A DNA stretch of 64,000 bases, from the NCBI GenBank assembly GCA_026692845.1, contig JAPLNM010000181.1:5945-69944 (forward strand). The letters run 5' to 3'. The stretch comes from Planctomycetota bacterium. Its GTDB lineage: Bacteria > Planctomycetota > Planctomycetia > Pirellulales > Pirellulaceae. Shown piece by piece: positions 59,121-64,000 of this stretch (position 1 is its first letter; each line of letters starts with the position of its first letter). The notes under the pieces were generated by a model. That model made no database searches. It was not told the DNA's origin and saw only the letters and a list, made by a program, of their open reading frames with translations. A program made the translations under genes and the position numbers.

Positions 59121-60083
59121 ATGCGATTCCTCGGCCAACCTCTCGTTCGCTTCGCTGCGACTTGCTTGAACTTCATGCTTCTGGGCGCTTCGTCGGTCCT
59201 AGCCCAAGACCTCCCTGCGGTCGATAAGATCACGGCGATGAAATTATTCGAGGTCCCAAGCTATTGCGAAGGCGTCGTGTTCGACCACGATGGAAAGGGG
59301 TATATCTCTTGGGATAAAACTCTGACCGAGTTCCAACTCGATGGAACCCATCGCGACTTTGCGATCACCGGTGCTCCGAACGGCCATAAAGTCCTCGCCG
59401 ACGGAACCCATTTGGTCTGTGACGCAAGCCAGCATGCGGTTCTTCACCTCGATCGCGATGGCAAACCACTGGCTGCTGCTTCCAAGGAATGCGATGGCAA
59501 GCCTCTGCGAGGTCCCAACGACCTGACGCTCGATCCCCAAGGCGGATTCTACTTTACCGACCCAGGCGATTCGGGCAAAGACAAACCCATCGGTACAATT
59601 CATTACGTGGACGCCGCGGGCAAAACCCATTTGGTTGCTTCAGGTTTGGCCTTTCCAAACGGCATCGTATTGACCCAAGACGCCAAGCGATTGCTCGTCG
59701 GTGAGAGCCAATTCAATCGAATCCTCGAATACCCGGTTGCCGCACCTGGGAAAGTCGGTCCGATGAGGGTCTTTGCGGACCTGCCCAAGAATGCCAGTGG
59801 CAAATGGGAAGACAACCAGCCTGACGGCATGTGTTCGGATGCCAAAGGCAACTTATACGTGGCCCACTACGGCATGCAACAAGTCCAAGTCCTCGATCCT
59901 ACTGGCAAGTTGCTCAGGTCCTATCCCGGTGGCAATCGTTTGACAAGCAATGTCGCTTTCGGAGGCCCGAAGCACGATCAGCTCTTTGTCACCGGCGCGA
60001 TCAACCCCGATGGCAAACCCGGTGCCGTATTCCGATTGGACTTAGGGATCCCAGGCCGAGTGATCCTGCCTGCGAAAAAATAA
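59121..60083 (+). CDS. secreted SMP-30/gluconolactonase/LRE-family beta-propeller protein
   Basis: Signal-like MRFLGQPLVRFAATCLNFMLLGASSVLAQ. Also PNDLTLDPQGGFYFTD, FPNGIVLT, PDGMCSDAKGNLYVAHYG and NVAFGG. Confidence 0.8.
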   Translation: MRFLGQPLVRFAATCLNFMLLGASSVLAQDLPAVDKITAMKLFEVPSYCEGVVFDHDGKGYISWDKTLTEFQLDGTHRDFAITGAPNGHKVLADGTHLVCDASQHAVLHLDRDGKPLAAASKECDGKPLRGPNDLTLDPQGGFYFTDPGDSGKDKPIGTIHYVDAAGKTHLVASGLAFPNGIVLTQDAKRLLVGESQFNRILEYPVAAPGKVGPMRVFADLPKNASGKWEDNQPDGMCSDAKGNLYVAHYGMQQVQVLDPTGKLLRSYPGGNRLTSNVAFGGPKHDQLFVTGAINPDGKPGAVFRLDLGIPGRVILPAKK

Positions 60084-60125
60084 ACCATTTGAAAAACAAA
60101 TCGGCCAAAAATCGAGTTTTGCTTT

Positions 60126-61007
60126 TCAGCCGCTTGGGTTTTGATCCAAGCGGCAGTTGTTGATCGAGAACTCCAAAATCGCAATCGCTCCGATCTGCTC
60201 GAGATGCTCCATGATCGTGATGACATCCTTGCGCTTGACCATCGCTCGGACTGCACACCAATTGGGATCTTCCAAACTATTGACCGTCGGAGAGGTAAAC
60301 CCAGGTGTGATGGCCTCGGCCTGCGACAACTTCGCTCTGGGGATGTTGTACTCCAGCAGCGAATAATCGCGCGCGATGACGACCCCCTCGAGCCTTCGCA
60401 CGATTCGGTCTGCGGTGGCTAGATCCCGACACTTCGGACTCTGGATCAAAACGGTCTCATACTCGCCGATGATGTCCAAGATTCTCAACTGATTGGCCGC
60501 AAGCGTACTGCCTGTCTCGACCAAATCCACGATCGCATCGGCAACGCCCAGCGAGATCATGATCTCGACCGATCCGTTCAATTCTACCAAATGAACCGGT
60601 GCCGAGTGCTTTTCTAAATACCGCTCGGTCGTCCGAGGAAAGCTCGTCGCGACGCGTTTGCCAGCCAAATCGCCCGCCGATTGGATGTTGCCGTGCAACG
60701 GCACGCATACGGCCAACTTGCATCGGCCCACCCCTAGCTTCATGCGGACGTCGATCAGTGCCCCGGCCTCCTCGACCAAATCGCTCCCGGTGATGCCCAG
60801 ATCGATCGCACCTTCGGCGCACAGGGTCGGAATGTCGTCGGTCCTGAGGAACGTAATGTCGGCAGCAAGCCCACTGACCCTGGCGAATAAGGCCCGCTCT
60901 TGGCGACGAAAGTTCAACCCCGCCTGCAGCAGTAGCTCAGTAGCCAATTCGCTCAACCGGCCCTTGCTCGGTATCCCAATTCTCAACATGTTGTCGCTCA
61001 AACTCAT
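60126..61007 (-). CDS. hisG: ATP phosphoribosyltransferase (long form with C-terminal regulatory domain)
   Basis: LRIGIPSKGRL, DDIPTLCAEGAIDLGITGSD and VDLVETGSTLAANQL. Confidence 0.9.
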   Translation of the reverse strand: MSLSDNMLRIGIPSKGRLSELATELLLQAGLNFRRQERALFARVSGLAADITFLRTDDIPTLCAEGAIDLGITGSDLVEEAGALIDVRMKLGVGRCKLAVCVPLHGNIQSAGDLAGKRVATSFPRTTERYLEKHSAPVHLVELNGSVEIMISLGVADAIVDLVETGSTLAANQLRILDIIGEYETVLIQSPKCRDLATADRIVRRLEGVVIARDYSLLEYNIPRAKLSQAEAITPGFTSPTVNSLEDPNWCAVRAMVKRKDVITIMEHLEQIGAIAILEFSINNCRLDQNPSG

Positions 61008-61345
61008 TGACGCTGCTCCTTCTGGCGATTCTGCTTTTCCACGATCCCTGAGACCCCCTCGCGACGCTCAAGCTCGGCTCGCAACTCCTCGACGGTGATC
61101 TGGCGCGTCGCAAGGATCACCCACAGATGGTAGAGAACATCGCAAGCCTCCTTGGCCAAATGCTCGCGGCCCGCGTGACCCTCCTCGCGGGCCGACTCGA
61201 CGAGCTCAAAAACCTCCTCGGCGAGCTTGCCTCCCATCTTGGACAATCCACCCCGGATCAGCTTGGTCGTATACGAACCTTCAGGCAACTCCTGGGCTCG
61301 CAGGTGTAACTGTGCCATCAACCGATCTAGAATATCCGTCGACAT
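61004..61345 (-). CDS. hisE: phosphoribosyl-ATP pyrophosphatase
   Basis: GSYTTKLIRGGLSKMGGKLAEEVFELVESA...EACDVLYHLWVIL. A 4-nt overlap joins it to hisG. Start trimmed to MSTDIL. Confidence 0.85.
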   Translation of the reverse strand: MSTDILDRLMAQLHLRAQELPEGSYTTKLIRGGLSKMGGKLAEEVFELVESAREEGHAGREHLAKEACDVLYHLWVILATRQITVEELRAELERREGVSGIVEKQNRQKEQRQ

Positions 61346-61510
61346 AATGAAAAACGTCTTGAGAAGGACAACCCGGACAACAGACAACCCTTGTTTCCAA
61401 GCCGAACATCCTAGGCATTTTGACGTTATTTGTCGATTCCAAGTGCTTGCCAAGCCCCTATAACTAAGGAAACCTTCCCCTGCCTTTTCGCTCCCGCGAT
61501 CGATCCGCTG

Positions 61511-62491
61511 ATGAACTCCGAATCTCAAATGCTCGCCGATTGGATCGTTCCCCCCCTGGACAACGTCCTCTACCTGACCGGACCGACCGGTTCAGGCAAA
61601 ACCCAAGTCGCCGTCGAGCTTGCTGAATCGTTGCAAGCCGAAATCGTATCGGTCGATTCTATGGCCGTTTACAAAGGCATGGACATCGGGACGGCCAAGC
61701 CGAGCATCGAGGCTCGCAAAAAAATCCCCCATCACCTGATCGATATCGTCGATCCGACCCATGACTACAGTGTTTCGGAGTTCCTCAAAGAATCCCACAG
61801 CAAAGTTGGGGAGATTCAAGGTCGTGGCAAAAACGTACTGCTCGTCGGTGGAACGCCTCTGTATCTGAAATCATTGATCTGCGGTTTCTTCCATGGCCCA
61901 CCGGCCGATTGGGATTTCCGCAAGGCCGTCGAAGACGAAGTCCAAACGGTAGGAATCCAAGCCCTGGCTCAGCGGCTAAAGCAAGTCGATCCACTCTCGG
62001 CCCATCGAATCCTGCCTGGCGATCAACGCCGCATGATCCGTGCCCTAGAAGTCTCTAAACTCACGGGAAAACCCCTTAGCCACTGGCAGACACAATTCGA
62101 ACGCTTCGTCGTGCCGGCCAAGAGCCACGCGTTTGTCCTGGGTTGGGAACGTTCGGTCCTGCACCATCGGGTCGCACTGCGCGTCGAAAAGATGCTCTCG
62201 GAAGGACTGGTCGATGAAGTCGCCCAACTCAAAACACGCTACGGCACTCTCGGCCGGACCGCCTCGCAAGCCGTCGGCTACAAGGAACCTATCGCGTATC
62301 TTTCAGGCTCGATCGGCTGGGATTCCATGAAAGAAAAAATCATCGTCCACACCCGTCAATTCGTAAGACGTCAGGAGATCTGGTTTCGATCCATGCCCGG
62401 CATGCGACGCTTGGAGTTGACGCATCCCGCTGAGCTCGACACGGTCTCCTTGAAGATTCTCTCAGCGTTGGAAAATCGGCAGATAGCCTAA
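61511..62491 (+). CDS. miaA: tRNA dimethylallyltransferase
   Basis: LTGPTGSGKTQVAVELA, VSVDSMAVYKGMDIGTAKPS, HHLIDIVDP and VGGTPLYLKSL. Confidence 0.9.
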   Translation: MNSESQMLADWIVPPLDNVLYLTGPTGSGKTQVAVELAESLQAEIVSVDSMAVYKGMDIGTAKPSIEARKKIPHHLIDIVDPTHDYSVSEFLKESHSKVGEIQGRGKNVLLVGGTPLYLKSLICGFFHGPPADWDFRKAVEDEVQTVGIQALAQRLKQVDPLSAHRILPGDQRRMIRALEVSKLTGKPLSHWQTQFERFVVPAKSHAFVLGWERSVLHHRVALRVEKMLSEGLVDEVAQLKTRYGTLGRTASQAVGYKEPIAYLSGSIGWDSMKEKIIVHTRQFVRRQEIWFRSMPGMRRLELTHPAELDTVSLKILSALENRQIA

Positions 62492-63523
62492 GTCCAATTG
62501 CAACATGATCAGGTTGCAAGCCGAGATGTAGATATTGTGAATCTGACCCTCCCAGGCACCCTCAGGGCCTTGGTCGTTCTCGATGTTCGTATAGAGTCGA
62601 TCCCTGAACGGCAACCACTCGTCGTCCCCCTGACGGTAAACGACTTGGCTGTAGTACAGATAGGTGTAATGCCAGTGGCCAAACGCATCGTCGACTTTCT
62701 TGACGTCGTAAAGCTCTCTGCGGCTGTAAGTGAGCATCTCGGGAACCTTGGCGTTCTCATAGTCCCCTGCGTTGTACAAGGCAGCCAGCGACGCAGCGGT
62801 AATCGCCGGCCGTGAACTTCCCATCTGCTGGCTCGAGTAACTGATGCCACCGTCGGGATTCTGGCACGTGTAGATGTACCGCTTTGCCGCTTCGATGATC
62901 TCACCAGGGACGGTGATCCCCGCGTTGCGACAGCCCCGCAATCCTTGGACCTGAGTGATCGTCGTGGAGCCCTCGTCGTAGTCCTGGCCATCTTTGGCGC
63001 TGACATAGCCCCAGCCTCCGGCCGGAGTTTGTGCTTTTCCACAAAATGCCACGGCACGATCGAGCGCTTCGACCAAATCGTCTCGTCGATCCTGCAAGCC
63101 TTCTTCTCCGAGGACCTGCGAAAGAAATAGCATCGAAAATCCATGGCCATACGTGTAGCGCTGGTCGTTCTGAGGATCCCCGATAAGCCCGTTTTTTCGC
63201 GATTGGGACAGCAAATAATCGGTCGTCCTTGCAATCTGCTTAGAATAAGGACCTTGGGTCACCGTCGAACCGCTGCAGAGCAACGCTAAACCTGCCAATG
63301 CTGTGACGGCTACTGGGTAAGGAGGGGTATTCCACTGTCCGCGTGAGGACTGGGTTCGAGCTAAGAAATCCAAACCCCGACGCGTAGCTGCATCCCACTT
63401 GGGATTTCGCTCCCCAGCTTTGCATCCCCCTGGAGACCAACCCTCAGAGTTTGCAAGTGTCAGTCCAGTTGCCAAAGCTCCAGCGAGAAAACCGCGACGT
63501 CGAATCGATGGGATTGGGGTCAT
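62462..63523 (-). CDS. secreted prenyltransferase/squalene-oxidase-repeat (terpene-cyclase-like alpha/alpha toroid) protein
   Basis: Tat-like signal SIRRRGFLAGALATG. Repeated QxxxGGW/GxW-type motifs (QSSRGQWN, QTPAGGWGY, QNPDGGISY, GPEGAWEG). Confidence 0.65.
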   Translation of the reverse strand: MTPIPSIRRRGFLAGALATGLTLANSEGWSPGGCKAGERNPKWDAATRRGLDFLARTQSSRGQWNTPPYPVAVTALAGLALLCSGSTVTQGPYSKQIARTTDYLLSQSRKNGLIGDPQNDQRYTYGHGFSMLFLSQVLGEEGLQDRRDDLVEALDRAVAFCGKAQTPAGGWGYVSAKDGQDYDEGSTTITQVQGLRGCRNAGITVPGEIIEAAKRYIYTCQNPDGGISYSSQQMGSSRPAITAASLAALYNAGDYENAKVPEMLTYSRRELYDVKKVDDAFGHWHYTYLYYSQVVYRQGDDEWLPFRDRLYTNIENDQGPEGAWEGQIHNIYISACNLIMLQLDLGYLPIFQR

Positions 63524-63590
63524 GCAACTGTTGCCTGCTGTTGTTTCGAATCGGTGGACGAAATCGGTGATCAACCGGGCCTTGGGTGAA

Positions 63591-64000
63591 TCACCCCGCG
63601 TCGGCAAAAAGTGGTGTCGATAGGTAACGCTCTCCCAAACTGCACATGATCGTGACGATCCGCTTGCCTTTCCATTCCGGACGCGAAGCCAACTGCGCCG
63701 CTGCACACAGGTTCGCACCGCTGCTGATCCCGGCCATGATCCCTTCCTGACGATGAAGCTTGCGTCCCCACTCAAAGGCCAACTCGTCGTCGACCTGGAT
63801 CACTTCGTCGATCAAGGAAGTATCTAAATTCTTTGGGACAAACCCAGCACCGATCCCTTGGATCCGATGCTTGCCAGGCTGACCGCCACTGATCACCGGG
63901 GACTGCTTTGGCTCGACTGCAATTGCTTTGAAATTCGGATTGAGCTTCTTGATGTACCTTGCCACACCCGTAATCGTTCCCCCAGTCCCGACACCCGCGA
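63591..64000 (-). CDS. cysK: cysteine synthase A (O-acetylserine sulfhydrylase); N-terminus runs off the window
   Basis: [15 protein letters not shown] (read past the track start), [26 protein letters not shown] and [11 protein letters not shown]. Confidence 0.9.
   Translation of the reverse strand, partial: AGVGTGGTITGVARYIKKLNPNFKAIAVEPKQSPVISGGQPGKHRIQGIGAGFVPKNLDTSLIDEVIQVDDELAFEWGRKLHRQEGIMAGISSGANLCAAAQLASRPEWKGKRIVTIMCSLGERYLSTPLFADAG

Overview
The window splits into two parts. Positions 1 to about 22,050 look like a mosaic, horizontally acquired island that abuts the 3' end of a tmRNA gene (ssrA, 22051-22382, minus strand). Positions 22,400-64,000 are ordinary core chromosome: nusA-infB-rbfA, yebC, hisD, aqpZ, an ADP-forming acyl-CoA ligase, MoxR, xseB, tRNA-Lys, an LptD-like protein, tsaB, alaS, hisG-hisE, miaA and cysK. 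Gene content and style suggest a planctomycete-like genome, but that is a low-confidence inference.

Reading away from ssrA, the island carries:
- a STAND (NB-ARC-like) NTPase with TPR repeats and an unrecognised N-terminal domain
- a cassette of DUF2924, a large serine recombinase and a ParB-like HTH protein
- a tightly coupled minus-strand operon: excisionase-type HTH, then SNF2 helicase with a DUF3883 nuclease-like tail, then DUF1156 DPPY methyltransferase, then DUF499 ATPase (the helicase-methylase-ATPase or Hma-like class of candidate defence systems)
- about 100 nt further downstream on the same strand, an overlapping gene pair: a 264-aa unknown protein and a 707-aa QueC-like PP-loop ATPase with large extra N- and C-terminal domains
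- a GC-rich IS5-family element inserted about 25 bp past the QueC-like stop codon
- a phage or mobile-element-like module: 107-aa ORF, ECF-type sigma factor, 99-aa ORF and an AAA_24/Sak4-like ATPase that runs off the window

The most interesting candidate for an undescribed system is the QueC-like protein and its partner attached to the helicase-methylase-ATPase operon. It has no TGT, TatD or CD-NTase partner.

Smaller oddities:
- a 9-bp GATC-containing tandem repeat between ssrA and nusA
- a protein with about 37 SSKPA-type pentapeptide repeats
- a frameshifted BCS1-like AAA gene
- a perfect 21-bp inverted repeat
- two perfect tandem micro-duplications that each span a stop codon
- a DUF3309-type mini-ORF below the ORF-track length cutoff

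All functional calls rest on motif and family recognition by eye. No database search was run.
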